A stretch of 64,000 nt of DNA from a virus, in the IMG/VR virus record IMGVR_UViG_3300046777_001715, positions 42,257 to 106,256 of that record; one strand, 5' to 3'. Below, one piece after another: positions 28,531 through 39,014 of the stretch. Under the pieces are notes generated by a model. The model ran no database searches. It saw nothing but the letters and a program-made list of their open reading frames with translations, and was not told the DNA's origin. Both the position numbers and the translations under genes were made by a program. Numbering within the stretch: position 1 is the first letter of the stretch; each line of letters opens with the position of its first letter.

Positions 28531-31500
28531 ATGCCTGGTAAATCATATATAAAGACAGGAAGTACCTGGAAAAAAATTAAACGGATGTATATTAAAACAG
28601 GCCCAGCCTGGTCATCCATTAAAAAAGCATATATAAAAACTGGTAGCGTATGGAAAAAAGTTTTTGATAGCACAAGTAGTGCTCCATACTCTACAGAGGT
28701 TCCAACAATTAGATTAGATTCATATACTGGAACAATTAAGTCTGCTGCCTCTATAAGCATATATGACCCAACTGGAGAATCTAGAGTTGGAATAAAGCTT
28801 TATGGAAGAGAGAATCCAAGTTCTTGGCGGAATGGTCCATTTACATCTCAAAAATATCAATGGTGGATATCAAGCTTTGCTAATGGTCAAGATGGATACA
28901 TGATTAAAGAAACAACGGATACTTTCTATTCCTTATCATCAGAACTTGATGATTACTACGATGGCATGTATTTATTTTTTAGAGCAATTTATACCAATAC
29001 TGCTAATAAAACTGGAACGGCAAATAGCTTGCCAGTTTACCTACGTAAAAACTCTCCATCTAAATATACAGCAAGTGGTGGCTGGTCTACAAATGGAATA
29101 ACCTCTACTCTTACTCAAACTGGAACACCTATAAAGTTTAACTACTCTTGGAAAAACGAATATTATAGATCTATAGATAGATATGATTCTGTAATAGAAT
29201 GGTATAGAGGTTATCCAGCAAACGATAAAAGCAATTTAATTCAGTCTACAGAATTTATTTATACAACAAATGAATATGACGACGGCACAGAATATTCTGG
29301 ATATGATGAATATGTTCCAGTAGTTGCAGATGTTGGGTCATATATATATGTAAAAACAACGGTAACCAACTCTTATACAAAAGCTCCTATGTACGGATCT
29401 CCAATTCAAGATATATATAGCACAACTAATGCAGTTACAGCAAGACCAGTAATTGTCACAATGCCATCTATTTCAAAGGTTGATGGATATCAAACTGTAA
29501 ATTATTTAATTCGTGGAAATACTGGAACTTATAACATAACTCCAACAAGAGTTTATTGGGGTTTTCAATATGCATCCTCAGCAACTGCAGCAAATAATCA
29601 ATGGTCAACATTTCAAACTAGAGTTTATAACCCAATAACATTTAGCTATACATATGTAACTCAAGGAGGAAATGAAACTTCTCAAAATGTAAATCATGAC
29701 CTGTATCTCCCCTCTTCAGTTTGGGTAAATGGAACTCAGATAAGTTTAATTGGAAAATATTTAAGGTTATACTCCATTGCAGATGGGGCTGGAAGCCAGT
29801 CTGACACATACTATTCAGAGGTAATAGGGCCAATATATGATTATCCAACTGCCGCAGGAACCCCATCTTTCTTATTTGGTTCTCCTTACAATAGCTCTTA
29901 TGCATACATAAGGGCATATTGGGATCCAGCAACATGGACACTAGATTACACACTTCAGTATAAATCTGGATCAAATTGGATTGATCTGGGAACAACTGTT
30001 ACTGCACCCCAGTACCTATCTCAAGACTACTTGGTTCCTACTGGAAACCAAACTTTTAGAGTTAGAACAAGAAATGAAGAAAACATCTATGCTTATTCTG
30101 CAGAAGCTACATTCAACGTTCCAAACTCGTACTCTTTTGCATTTGGAAATTATTTATATCCAAATACAAATGGTCAAATTGGACTAGATAATGGAACAAC
30201 TTCAATTACTCCTTCTGGAGGAAGGCTTATAGCTGTATATCCAAAAGATTTAGCAGAAACAACTACTGGATACTATTCTGACGGAAGATATTATTATATT
30301 CAGTTTTCTGGACACCAGTATGATCAAGTTGGTGTTGGCGCATATGCTCTAAGATATCAAGTTAGATTTGACTCCTTGAATCCAGGATACGCAGACGTTT
30401 TAATATGTAATAGAGGGTCATCCCTTACTTTAAGCGGATCAATAGGCTTATATAATGGATCAACTCAATTGTCTGGATTGCCAGGCCCATACGTTATTTC
30501 CACAAATACGACTTACAGAATTCCGTTAGATGGATCAACAGGAAGCTTTGGTCATACTCAAGCACAAATTCCTTCAGCAAATTTTGTAACCCACGCAAGA
30601 GATTTTGGCACCGCAGACGATGGATACCACAGCATTTTGACACAAACAAATCAGTATCAAACAAACATGCTCTCAGTAACATCAGCAACAGTAAATTCTT
30701 CTGGAATATCAATATCGTTTAATGGATTGAATGGGTATTCATATTACAATTACGAAGTTAGAACTGGAAGCTACTTTGGATCACTTTTTTCTTCTGGTAA
30801 CTCACAGACTGCAAACCCTTTAACTGTTGGAAGCTTAACTGGTGGAACAAGATATTATGTAACAATAACTCCATACAATTCATTAAATCAATCTGGTGAC
30901 CCATACCAGAACTTCTTTGATGCCCCAAGTGCACCAAGTGCTTTTACAACAAGCTCTGGTTCCAAAGGATTTCCTTCTGGTGCAATACAAAGCTCTTCTC
31001 AGCCAACTGGCAATAGAACCCTTAATGTTTATTGGAACGCTTCTACAAATGGACCAAACTATGAAGTACAATACGAAGGAAGTAATGATAACTCTACATG
31101 GACAGTTTTACAAAGTTTAGCTGGTTCAACTTATAAAACAGTCACATATGATACTTATACTGCAGCATATTATAAATTTTATAGATTTACTGTACGTGCA
31201 AGAGGAGCAGATTTAGCACTTGGTAACGCTGCATACTCCGACGGAGGAACTTCAGCAAGTTACGTTTATAGAACAATTGATGGAACAGCTCCAAGTGCAC
31301 CTACGATTAACTCTGTTGTAGTTGGGACTGGATCTTCATATAACACAGCAACGGTTAACTTTACAATAACTTCAAGTCCAGGCTCAAATACAATTGACTG
31401 GAATCAATATTCTTTAGATGGATCAAACTGGTCAAACATATATACTAGTCCAATATCTTTATCTGGGTTGTCAGCAAGTACAGGGTATTACATATATATG

Positions 31501-32640
31501 AGGTCTTTAAACTATGACGGACTATATTCTGGAACCACCTCACAATATTTTGTAACAAATGCTGCACCAGTTTATTTAACAGCTCCTACTCCAAGTAGCG
31601 TAGTTAAAAGTGGATCTGACTTCTTGCTTTATTTTTCTGGTGGATCTGGTCCCTACTATCAGGCTTGGTGGGTTGGTACTCCTGGGCAACCTACTGCTAC
31701 TGGATATGATGCTTCTAGATCCTTTTCTCCAATTATTATTACAAATTTAACTTCTCCATCTGGAGGAACAACTTATTACTTTTCGGTAAGATCTGTTGAT
31801 TCTTTAACAACTACTGGAACTGGAACTACAACATCTTTATCTATAAGTCCATGGTCAACAACTCAAGCAACTTACTATGCCCCAATTACCCCAACAATAA
31901 CTACACCAACTGTTACTGGAATTACTCAAACACAAGCTACAATTAACTGGACATCAACAAACCAATCTTATGCCTATGTAGATGGAACATATGTTGGAAA
32001 CGTAACAAGTTATACAAGAACTGGTCTTAGTGCATCAACTCCTTATAGTGGAACTGTTACAGTTTATTCTACTGATGGTGTTACAGCTTCTGCTAACTAT
32101 AGCTTTACAACCGCATCATTAGTCTCTTATACAATCACATACAGCGGTAATGGAAATACTGGAGGAAGTACAACATCAACAACTGGAAATGGATCAGTTA
32201 CATTAAGGTCAAACGGATTTACAAGAACCAACTGCACCTTTGCAGGATGGAATACAAATGCAGCGGGTACAGGTACAAATTACTCAGCTGGAGGATCCTA
32301 TAACTTAACTTCAGACGTTACTCTATATGCAAGATGGACAGCAGATACAGTTACGTGGACTAACCCAACTGTAACTTTTACTGGAACATCTGGATCTGGA
32401 TCAACTACACAAAGAAGCTGGTCATGGACAACTGGATCAGTATCTGGAGCAACTGCCGTAGGATATCAGTGGGCAATAAGCTCAACAAGCTCAACCAGTG
32501 GTTTTGGTGCATTTTCTGCCACAACTACAGCGAGAACATTGACGGTGACAGCCAGCACACCAAGATGGCTAAAGGTTAGAAAGGTTGCTACAGACGGACT
32601 TGGAGCAACAGTAGTTAGCGGTACAAATAACGGAGTTTAA
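28531..32640 (+). CDS. Large multi-FN3/Ig tail fibre with InlB B-repeat-like domain
   Basis: N-terminal 3x YIKTGxxW; several FN3 units; YTITYSGNG...FTR...FAGWNT...G..Y...VTLYARW. Confidence 0.75.
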   Translation: MPGKSYIKTGSTWKKIKRMYIKTGPAWSSIKKAYIKTGSVWKKVFDSTSSAPYSTEVPTIRLDSYTGTIKSAASISIYDPTGESRVGIKLYGRENPSSWRNGPFTSQKYQWWISSFANGQDGYMIKETTDTFYSLSSELDDYYDGMYLFFRAIYTNTANKTGTANSLPVYLRKNSPSKYTASGGWSTNGITSTLTQTGTPIKFNYSWKNEYYRSIDRYDSVIEWYRGYPANDKSNLIQSTEFIYTTNEYDDGTEYSGYDEYVPVVADVGSYIYVKTTVTNSYTKAPMYGSPIQDIYSTTNAVTARPVIVTMPSISKVDGYQTVNYLIRGNTGTYNITPTRVYWGFQYASSATAANNQWSTFQTRVYNPITFSYTYVTQGGNETSQNVNHDLYLPSSVWVNGTQISLIGKYLRLYSIADGAGSQSDTYYSEVIGPIYDYPTAAGTPSFLFGSPYNSSYAYIRAYWDPATWTLDYTLQYKSGSNWIDLGTTVTAPQYLSQDYLVPTGNQTFRVRTRNEENIYAYSAEATFNVPNSYSFAFGNYLYPNTNGQIGLDNGTTSITPSGGRLIAVYPKDLAETTTGYYSDGRYYYIQFSGHQYDQVGVGAYALRYQVRFDSLNPGYADVLICNRGSSLTLSGSIGLYNGSTQLSGLPGPYVISTNTTYRIPLDGSTGSFGHTQAQIPSANFVTHARDFGTADDGYHSILTQTNQYQTNMLSVTSATVNSSGISISFNGLNGYSYYNYEVRTGSYFGSLFSSGNSQTANPLTVGSLTGGTRYYVTITPYNSLNQSGDPYQNFFDAPSAPSAFTTSSGSKGFPSGAIQSSSQPTGNRTLNVYWNASTNGPNYEVQYEGSNDNSTWTVLQSLAGSTYKTVTYDTYTAAYYKFYRFTVRARGADLALGNAAYSDGGTSASYVYRTIDGTAPSAPTINSVVVGTGSSYNTATVNFTITSSPGSNTIDWNQYSLDGSNWSNIYTSPISLSGLSASTGYYIYMRSLNYDGLYSGTTSQYFVTNAAPVYLTAPTPSSVVKSGSDFLLYFSGGSGPYYQAWWVGTPGQPTATGYDASRSFSPIIITNLTSPSGGTTYYFSVRSVDSLTTTGTGTTTSLSISPWSTTQATYYAPITPTITTPTVTGITQTQATINWTSTNQSYAYVDGTYVGNVTSYTRTGLSASTPYSGTVTVYSTDGVTASANYSFTTASLVSYTITYSGNGNTGGSTTSTTGNGSVTLRSNGFTRTNCTFAGWNTNAAGTGTNYSAGGSYNLTSDVTLYARWTADTVTWTNPTVTFTGTSGSGSTTQRSWSWTTGSVSGATAVGYQWAISSTSSTSGFGAFSATTTARTLTVTASTPRWLKVRKVATDGLGATVVSGTNNGV

Positions 32641-32648
32641 AATAGGCA

Positions 32649-32677
32649 TTGACCTGTTAGGGTTAATTTGCTATAAT
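32649..32677 (+). promoter_or_regulatory. Sigma70-type promoter
   Basis: TTGACC-17 nt-TATAAT with TG extension. Confidence 0.65.
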
Positions 32678-32694
32678 ACTAAAGGAGGAAACAA

Positions 32695-32928
32695 ATGACA
32701 ACACTACTAACAACTGAGGATAAACTTAATATCCTTAATCAGCACATCAAAAATATTGAATATGCAACCTATGGTTTGCAGTTAGATATTCTTGAGTATG
32801 AAGCATCAGATGAAATTGAAGCATCTTATTTAGCTAAGCTAAATGCCAGACTTGTAGATCTAAATTCAAAGAAGGCAGTATTGGATGCAGAAAAAGATGC
32901 TCTAAACGGAACAGCAACAGGAGCATAA
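32695..32928 (+). CDS. Small coiled-coil protein
   Basis: Strong AAAGGAGG RBS; helical sequence. Confidence 0.7.
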   Translation: MTTLLTTEDKLNILNQHIKNIEYATYGLQLDILEYEASDEIEASYLAKLNARLVDLNSKKAVLDAEKDALNGTATGA

Positions 32929-32929
32929 A

Positions 32930-33130
32930 TTGGATAAATCACAGCTTGTGATAACTGCTTTACAGCAAAGAATTGGCGAGATTGTCTCAAATTATGAGAC
33001 ACAAATTGCAGTTCTTAGAGCAGAAATAACAACACTAGTGCAAGAAAAAGAAGATAAGGCCTCGGCAGTTGCAGAGTATAACCAAGAACTGTTAGAGCAA
33101 ATGGAAGCAATTGCTGACCTGGAGGTATAA
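32930..33130 (+). CDS. Small coiled-coil protein
   Basis: TTG start with AGGAG; ALQQRIGEIV.NYE.QIA.LRAEIT. Confidence 0.7.
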   Translation: MDKSQLVITALQQRIGEIVSNYETQIAVLRAEITTLVQEKEDKASAVAEYNQELLEQMEAIADLEV

Positions 33131-33561
33131 TGGCAGACACATTTAACTTTGAGGATGGTGCACCAATTAGTGCATCTGAATTAAGAAAGCTTGTAGAGTA
33201 TGTGAATAAAGTTAATTCACAGGCTTTATCCCTGCCAGGACAGTTTGGAACTTTAGCAGACAAAGCAATTGCACAAAAAATGACAATGGGAACAGTTTCT
33301 GTTCCTGGGCTTAACCTTACATCTGGATTTAAGGAAGTTCCAATTTCTTTTACCCCGCCTCTAACTGCTGCACCAGCATCAATTCAATTAACGGTTGAAA
33401 CAAGTTCCACAGATTCAGAAATCATTGTTTTCCTTAAAAGTGGAGCAACATCAAGTGGGTGTACAGCAATATTGACTAGATCAGCTAATGCTACTGGAAA
33501 AGCAATTACATCTCCATCTGGAGTAAAAGTACACTATTTTGCAATAGCAAAGTCCTCTTAG
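33130..33561 (+). CDS. Small tail-fibre-like protein
   Basis: FEDGAPI...L; C-terminal ..F..P.T.AP.....V.YFAIA. Confidence 0.55.
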   Translation: MADTFNFEDGAPISASELRKLVEYVNKVNSQALSLPGQFGTLADKAIAQKMTMGTVSVPGLNLTSGFKEVPISFTPPLTAAPASIQLTVETSSTDSEIIVFLKSGATSSGCTAILTRSANATGKAITSPSGVKVHYFAIAKSS

Positions 33562-33601
33562 GGCTTGACAAACCAGTAAATAATAGTAAAATAATATAAC
33601 C

Positions 33602-33626
33602 AAAGTCACGGACTCGTGACTTTTTT
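33602..33626 (+). terminator. Terminator-like hairpin at the structural/replication boundary
   Basis: AAAGTCACG-GACT-CGTGACTTT followed by TTT. Confidence 0.65.
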
Positions 33627-33641
33627 CGTGTTAGGAATATA

Positions 33642-34445
33642 ATGAGTAATGATTTAAAATGGATGTTATCATCCGACCAGCAGTTCCCTTATCAAGATGA
33701 TAAGATGATTGCTTTGTGGTTTAAGGTAATGAAGTGGTTTAAGCCAGACGTTGTTGACTATTTAGGAGACACGGATGATCAGGCATGCTACAGCAAGTAT
33801 ACAGAAGGCCGCTCAGCAGAGTTTTTACAACTACATAAGGACGATAGTCGTGATCTCATTGTTCCTATGATGCGACATGAGGCCAAGGGCGCAAGAGATT
33901 TCTACGCTAAAACTAGAGAGATGCTTCCAGACGCACAATTATTTTCTGCTCTTGGAAATCACGACGTAAGAATTTTTAATTATGTTGATGCAAAGCTTCC
34001 AGACTATCTAAAAGAAGTTACGCCAGAATCATTGTGGTCTTTAGACTCACTGGGCTACGACTATATTTATTACGACTCTTTGCCTAAGCGCAGGTTTGGA
34101 GACATTCACGTACACCATGGAATTTCAATTTCAGCAACTGGCTCAGTGCGAAAAGATATGGAAGACATGCAGGTTTCTTTGATTCGTGGGCACTCACACA
34201 GAATTGCTTCGCACATGGTTACATATGAGTTAAGAAATAATGGAGAGGGAGAAACTCTTCGTGGATATGAGATTGGACACATGTGTGATGAAAAGGGTCC
34301 AGGAATGAAATATACACAACACCATGATTGGCAAAAGGGCTTTGCAATAGCTCACATTGAGAACGGAGAATACCCTCACGTACAAATGATTCACGTTTCG
34401 CCAAACTATACATGTGTAGTTGACGGAAAGTTGTTCTCGCTATGA
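33642..34445 (+). CDS. Calcineurin-like metallophosphoesterase
   Basis: SDQQ, LGD.DD, GNHD, HHG, GHSHR motifs. Confidence 0.85.
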   Translation: MSNDLKWMLSSDQQFPYQDDKMIALWFKVMKWFKPDVVDYLGDTDDQACYSKYTEGRSAEFLQLHKDDSRDLIVPMMRHEAKGARDFYAKTREMLPDAQLFSALGNHDVRIFNYVDAKLPDYLKEVTPESLWSLDSLGYDYIYYDSLPKRRFGDIHVHHGISISATGSVRKDMEDMQVSLIRGHSHRIASHMVTYELRNNGEGETLRGYEIGHMCDEKGPGMKYTQHHDWQKGFAIAHIENGEYPHVQMIHVSPNYTCVVDGKLFSL

Positions 34446-34630
34446 TGACCTGTAAAAATTGTGGAGGGAGAGTATTTGTAGATAGAGTATTCTCTCAAAA
34501 GTTGCACATGGAAGTCTATTGCTTGTTGTGTGGAAAACGTTGGATGATAAATAAAGAAACGAGTGCTTTTGGAAAATGGCTAGACAAAAGAGAAGCAGAC
34601 CACAGAAAAGCTTTCGGTATTTCTTCCTAA
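34442..34630 (+). CDS. Zn-ribbon protein
   Basis: CKNCGG...CLLCG. Confidence 0.7.
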   Translation: MMTCKNCGGRVFVDRVFSQKLHMEVYCLLCGKRWMINKETSAFGKWLDKREADHRKAFGISS

Positions 34631-35064
34631 ACGGAAAACTACATAAAGTTTTAAAGTCTTCCAGGGTTAAGGATCAAATGATTGCTTGGTCATATCAAGA
34701 TAAGTCTAGGGTTCTTTATTCTAATGCTGACGTAATTAAGTATATGCAAAATGCCTACACTATGACTCAGGTTTCAACGATGATTGGAAAGCATAAGGTT
34801 ACTATAGAGGATTATATTTTAGAGGGCAAAATAAAAGCCCCTCAAAAAGTATATCCAATTGGAAACTCAGAAAGCAAAGCTTGGTCTCAGTATATGTTTA
34901 GCGAGGATGACGTGCTTGACTTGCATGAATATATTCTTTCTGCAGGAAGAGAGATTGAAAAATTGCCTACAAAAAATGAGCTAAAGGCCTTGATGAAACA
35001 CAACGTTATATTGTATACTAAGACAACATCAGGGGAATTTGTTCCAGTCTGGAAAGCAGAATGA
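34576..35064 (+). CDS. HTH DNA-binding protein (MerR-like)
   Basis: YTMTQVSTMIGKHKVTIEDY...G.I..P...FSEDDV. Confidence 0.6.
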   Translation: MARQKRSRPQKSFRYFFLNGKLHKVLKSSRVKDQMIAWSYQDKSRVLYSNADVIKYMQNAYTMTQVSTMIGKHKVTIEDYILEGKIKAPQKVYPIGNSESKAWSQYMFSEDDVLDLHEYILSAGREIEKLPTKNELKALMKHNVILYTKTTSGEFVPVWKAE

Positions 35065-35378
35065 ACGAAGAAGAAGATTTTGATATATTGAGTGAAAGTA
35101 CTGCGCTAGAACGTGCAGCAGCCAACCTTGACCTTGCATCAGTGCATGCAAATAAAAGGAAGGACATAGAGGGTTTAATAACTGTAGCAGCAGCTTGGAT
35201 GCAGGTTGCAGACAGATTGTCAGAAGAGTTTATGCCAAAGAAAAAACATTCTTTGGGCTTTGGAATAGAGGAAGAGGAAGAGGATGACAGAATCATCACC
35301 AACAAGAGTAAAGGTAGATCTTCAGTTCACGAGAAACCTGGGGAACTACGAGAGCATCAGAATAGGTATTGGCGTTGA
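35061..35378 (+). CDS. Hypothetical protein
   Basis: ATGA-coupled to the upstream gene. Confidence 0.55.
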   Translation: MNEEEDFDILSESTALERAAANLDLASVHANKRKDIEGLITVAAAWMQVADRLSEEFMPKKKHSLGFGIEEEEEDDRIITNKSKGRSSVHEKPGELREHQNRYWR

Positions 35379-35499
35379 GGATATTGTTCGTCAGGGTGAA
35401 AATGCAGACTCAGCTACAGACAGAGTGTATAAGTTTGTAGAGGAAAAGCTAATTGAAAAAACGGCGGAAATGGAAGAGGAATTAAAGGGTGGCAAGTAA
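35284..35499 (+). CDS. Hypothetical protein
   Basis: T.NLGNYESIRI..G motif; purine-rich RBS. Confidence 0.7.
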   Translation: MTESSPTRVKVDLQFTRNLGNYESIRIGIGVEDIVRQGENADSATDRVYKFVEEKLIEKTAEMEEELKGGK

Positions 35500-35866
35500 G
35501 GCAGATAATAAGCAACCACACTCCTTGCTAACATTTTATATATCTTTATATAAGGATAGATATAGCAAAGACCCAGTCCTTAATAGATTTAGGGAAAAGT
35601 GGGGAATGCAAGATGTTATTGATACCGTAGGGTATGAACGTGCAAGGGATTTGATTGAATATTATTTTACCTTAAATAAATTTGGTCACCCACTACAGTG
35701 GTTCTTTTATAATTTTGATAAGCTTGATAAGCTTTGGAAAGATATAGAAGATGACAAAGTGCATAGAGATATGCTAAGATCTAAGACTAAGGCAATGGTG
35801 GAAGAAAGAGAAAGGCGGTTAAGTGAACACGGAAGCAACGCTGATATCAGCAATCTGCAAGAATAA
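35489..35866 (+). CDS. Hypothetical protein (possible helicase loader/initiator partner)
   Basis: Directly upstream of and overlapping the helicase gene. Confidence 0.55.
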   Translation: MASKADNKQPHSLLTFYISLYKDRYSKDPVLNRFREKWGMQDVIDTVGYERARDLIEYYFTLNKFGHPLQWFFYNFDKLDKLWKDIEDDKVHRDMLRSKTKAMVEERERRLSEHGSNADISNLQE

Positions 35867-37049
35867 AGACATATCAACAATACTTGCAGACAATGTTGAT
35901 GACCTATTTACTTCCCACAAAGACGTCTGGGATGGGCTTAAGTCTTATTACTATAAATTTAAGGCAGTTCCAGAAGTTGGCGTACTAACAGATAGATTTA
36001 GAGACTTTGAATCTACAGAAGTAAAGGCAGAAACTGGATACTACCTAGAGCAACTTAAGGCAGAGTATTTAACAAGTAAGCTTAAGACTATTATTTTGCG
36101 TTCAGGCGCAGGACTAAAAGAAGATGCTCCTTCAAGAGTTATTGCACAAATGCAAGCAGACCTTGCAAGTCTTTCTAAGTTTACAAGTAATGTTAGAGAT
36201 TTAGATGTAACAGATTTTGAGTCTGCAGAAAAGTATTTTGAGCAAGTTAGACAACGTGCCAGCATAATGGGAGGAAGCCCAGGAATCCCAACAGGATTCA
36301 AGGCAATGGATACTGCATATGCAACTGGTATGGCACCAGGACATTTAATTGTTGCAATTGGTTGGCCAGGTCGTGGTAAGACATGGTTCACATCATACCT
36401 TGCATGTAAAGCTTGGGAACAAGGATTCAAGCCGATGATCATTTCCCTTGAAATGTCACCAGAAGACATGCGTAACCGTATCTATACAATGATGGGTTCT
36501 GGTCTGTTTAAGGCTAGTGATTTTTCAAGAGGTGACGTAAACGTTGACGACTTCAGATCATGGAGTAAGAAGAATTTTGAGGGCAAGAACGGATTTGTTC
36601 TTGTCTCAAATGAAGGAATGGGTTCTGTAAATGCTAATACTGTTCAAGCAAAAATTGACCAGCATAAGCCAGACCTAGTAATTCTGGATTACCACCAGCT
36701 ATTCTCAGATACCAAGGGAAGCACTGGGGCTACAGAGAGAAATATGAACGTTTCTCGTGAATTCAAGATGCTTGCAATGAACAATAATATTCCAATTATT
36801 GATATCACTGCAGCAACAATGGACGATGTCTCAGACCAAGACAATCCACCAATGCTTTCGCAGGTGGCATGGTCAAAGGCTATTGAATATGATGCTGACA
36901 TGGCAATCGCCATCCATAGATACACTGACACAAATATGATTGAAATTGTGTCCAGAAAGAACCGCCATGGAGATGGCTTTGGATTCTATTTGGACTGGGA
37001 TATCAATCGGGGTATAATTAAGGAGATATATGAAAATATTCAGAAATGA
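35823..37049 (+). CDS. dnaB: Replicative DNA helicase, DnaB-like
   Basis: GIPTGF, Walker A GWPGRGKT, SLEM, LVILDY, IEYDAD, KNRHG. Confidence 0.9.
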   Translation: MNTEATLISAICKNKDISTILADNVDDLFTSHKDVWDGLKSYYYKFKAVPEVGVLTDRFRDFESTEVKAETGYYLEQLKAEYLTSKLKTIILRSGAGLKEDAPSRVIAQMQADLASLSKFTSNVRDLDVTDFESAEKYFEQVRQRASIMGGSPGIPTGFKAMDTAYATGMAPGHLIVAIGWPGRGKTWFTSYLACKAWEQGFKPMIISLEMSPEDMRNRIYTMMGSGLFKASDFSRGDVNVDDFRSWSKKNFEGKNGFVLVSNEGMGSVNANTVQAKIDQHKPDLVILDYHQLFSDTKGSTGATERNMNVSREFKMLAMNNNIPIIDITAATMDDVSDQDNPPMLSQVAWSKAIEYDADMAIAIHRYTDTNMIEIVSRKNRHGDGFGFYLDWDINRGIIKEIYENIQK

Positions 37050-37348
37050 CCCATCAGCGTATACAGAGATTCCAGGTCAGAGCACAATTTAATAGTGATG
37101 CAGATATCATTAGAGTCCGTGCTCAATATGAGTCACTCTTAATTCAGGAAATGCGAGATAAAGGATTTGTCAGAGTTCTTGACATTGATCCTACATTCTC
37201 TGTATCATATGACCAAGAAGTTTGGTCCTTTATATTAACAATGCACAGTGTGCACGTAGGAAAGAAGAAGGCATGGCAATCAGAGGGTATTACGCAAGGA
37301 AAATTGATTCCACGAGATACACGCCCTCACACATTAAGTCAATTTTAA
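37046..37348 (+). CDS. Hypothetical protein
   Basis: ATGA-coupled between helicase and primase. Confidence 0.6.
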   Translation: MTHQRIQRFQVRAQFNSDADIIRVRAQYESLLIQEMRDKGFVRVLDIDPTFSVSYDQEVWSFILTMHSVHVGKKKAWQSEGITQGKLIPRDTRPHTLSQF

Positions 37349-38268
37349 AATCTCTTAATGTTTCAGTGGTGGGTGAGACTGGTAACGATTTTTTGGCATA
37401 CTGTCCATTTCATTCAAATAGACACAGCTCAAGCTTTAGCGTAAGCAAAGAGTTTGGCGCATGGTTGTGTTTTAATCCTGCATGCGGAGAAAGTGGAACG
37501 TTAATAGATTTAGTAAAAAGAATAACAAACAGAAACGACTATGAAGCACTTAGATTTATAAGTGTTAAAGAAGCAGAAGTCCTTGCAGACTTTGATGATC
37601 TTTTAGAAGACACATTGGAAGAGAAGCCAGACTTTATTGAGTTTGATTCAACAACAATTGAAAAGCTTACATCTGAAATGAAGCAGTATGATGATGGAAG
37701 AGTTTATATGCATGGTCGTGGATTCACAGACGAGACTTTGGAGTATTTTAATGTTGGCTATTCTAGCAACCGCAATATGGTTACAGTTCCTGTGCACAGT
37801 CCAGATGGGACTTGTGTTGGGGTTGTTGGCCGCAGTATCAAGGAGAAGGAGTTTAAGAACTCACCAGGACTCCCTCGTAATTCTACTCTTTTCAATATTC
37901 ATCGTGCTAAACGCATTGGTGCAACTTGTATCATTGTGGAGTCTAGTTTCGATGCAATGAGAGTACATCAGGCGGGATTCCCAAATGTTGTAGCAACTCT
38001 TGGAGGTCATATATCTTCAAATAACCTTTCTTTATTAAATAGGTATTTCAATAGAATAATTATAATGACAGATAATGACCAAGCAGGCAGAGCCCTTGGC
38101 AATAACATATTTAATAAACTACGTAATAAAGATGTATTGTGGGCTTCTTATGAATATGGTAAGATATATCCACATGATGCAAAAGACGCAGGAGATATGA
38201 CTGATCAAGAAATTAAAACCTGTATAAATAACTCAGTGTCGCATATTGAATATGTCAGCTGGGAATGA
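37273..38268 (+). CDS. dnaG: DNA primase (CHC2 Zn finger plus TOPRIM)
   Basis: CPFH...CF...CG, IVES.FD, DNDQAG, KDAGD. Confidence 0.9.
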   Translation: MAIRGYYARKIDSTRYTPSHIKSILKSLNVSVVGETGNDFLAYCPFHSNRHSSSFSVSKEFGAWLCFNPACGESGTLIDLVKRITNRNDYEALRFISVKEAEVLADFDDLLEDTLEEKPDFIEFDSTTIEKLTSEMKQYDDGRVYMHGRGFTDETLEYFNVGYSSNRNMVTVPVHSPDGTCVGVVGRSIKEKEFKNSPGLPRNSTLFNIHRAKRIGATCIIVESSFDAMRVHQAGFPNVVATLGGHISSNNLSLLNRYFNRIIIMTDNDQAGRALGNNIFNKLRNKDVLWASYEYGKIYPHDAKDAGDMTDQEIKTCINNSVSHIEYVSWE

Positions 38269-38326
38269 TATAATAATTACATAGATGGATATACACCATC
38301 AACTACATTAGAAAAAGGAATATATT

Positions 38327-39001
38327 ATGGGTATCGTAAAAGGATTAAAGGATTTAAATAAGACATTAGACAAGCCACAGTCTTCAGGTGGCGATAGCGT
38401 TAAGGGCCGTTGGGTAAAGCTAGAGGACGGCGAGAGCGTAAAGGTAAGATTTCTTCAGGAGCTTGATCCTGATTCACCAACATACAACGATAAGTTAGGT
38501 CTAGGATTTATTGCAGTAGAACACACAAACCCAAAGGATTATCGTCGTAAGGCGTTATGCTCAATTGACGACCAAGGAAAGTGCTGGGGTTGTGAGCAAC
38601 ACCGCAAAGACTACAAGGCTGGCTGGAAGGGTCGTTCACGACTTTACATTAATGTGTTGGTTGATGACGGCAAGGAAGAGCCATACGTTGCAATTCTTTC
38701 ACAAGGAAGCAGCGGAAAAACAATTACACCTACACTAATTGAATATGCTGGAGAAATGGGAAGCATCACAAATCTCATGTGGCGTATTAAGCGTTCTGGA
38801 ACAAAGACAGACACAAGCTACACAATCATTCCGCTTGCAAAGGATGAGGTTGAATTTGATTCCTCTAAGCTTGAAATCTTTGAGCTAGAAAAGACCGCAG
38901 TTCGTGATCTTCCTTATGCAGATCAAGAGTCATTCTATCTGTTTGGCGACAATGACAAGAGCGAAGGCTCAGAGTCAACTGGTAGCAATTTAGAGTGGTA
39001 A
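38327..39001 (+). CDS. Single-stranded DNA-binding protein (gp32-like)
   Basis: KL.DGESVKVRFL, C...C.GCE Zn ligands, KR.G...DTSY, acidic C-terminus. Confidence 0.75.
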   Translation: MGIVKGLKDLNKTLDKPQSSGGDSVKGRWVKLEDGESVKVRFLQELDPDSPTYNDKLGLGFIAVEHTNPKDYRRKALCSIDDQGKCWGCEQHRKDYKAGWKGRSRLYINVLVDDGKEEPYVAILSQGSSGKTITPTLIEYAGEMGSITNLMWRIKRSGTKTDTSYTIIPLAKDEVEFDSSKLEIFELEKTAVRDLPYADQESFYLFGDNDKSEGSESTGSNLEW

Positions 39002-39014
39002 TCTTTATAACCTG

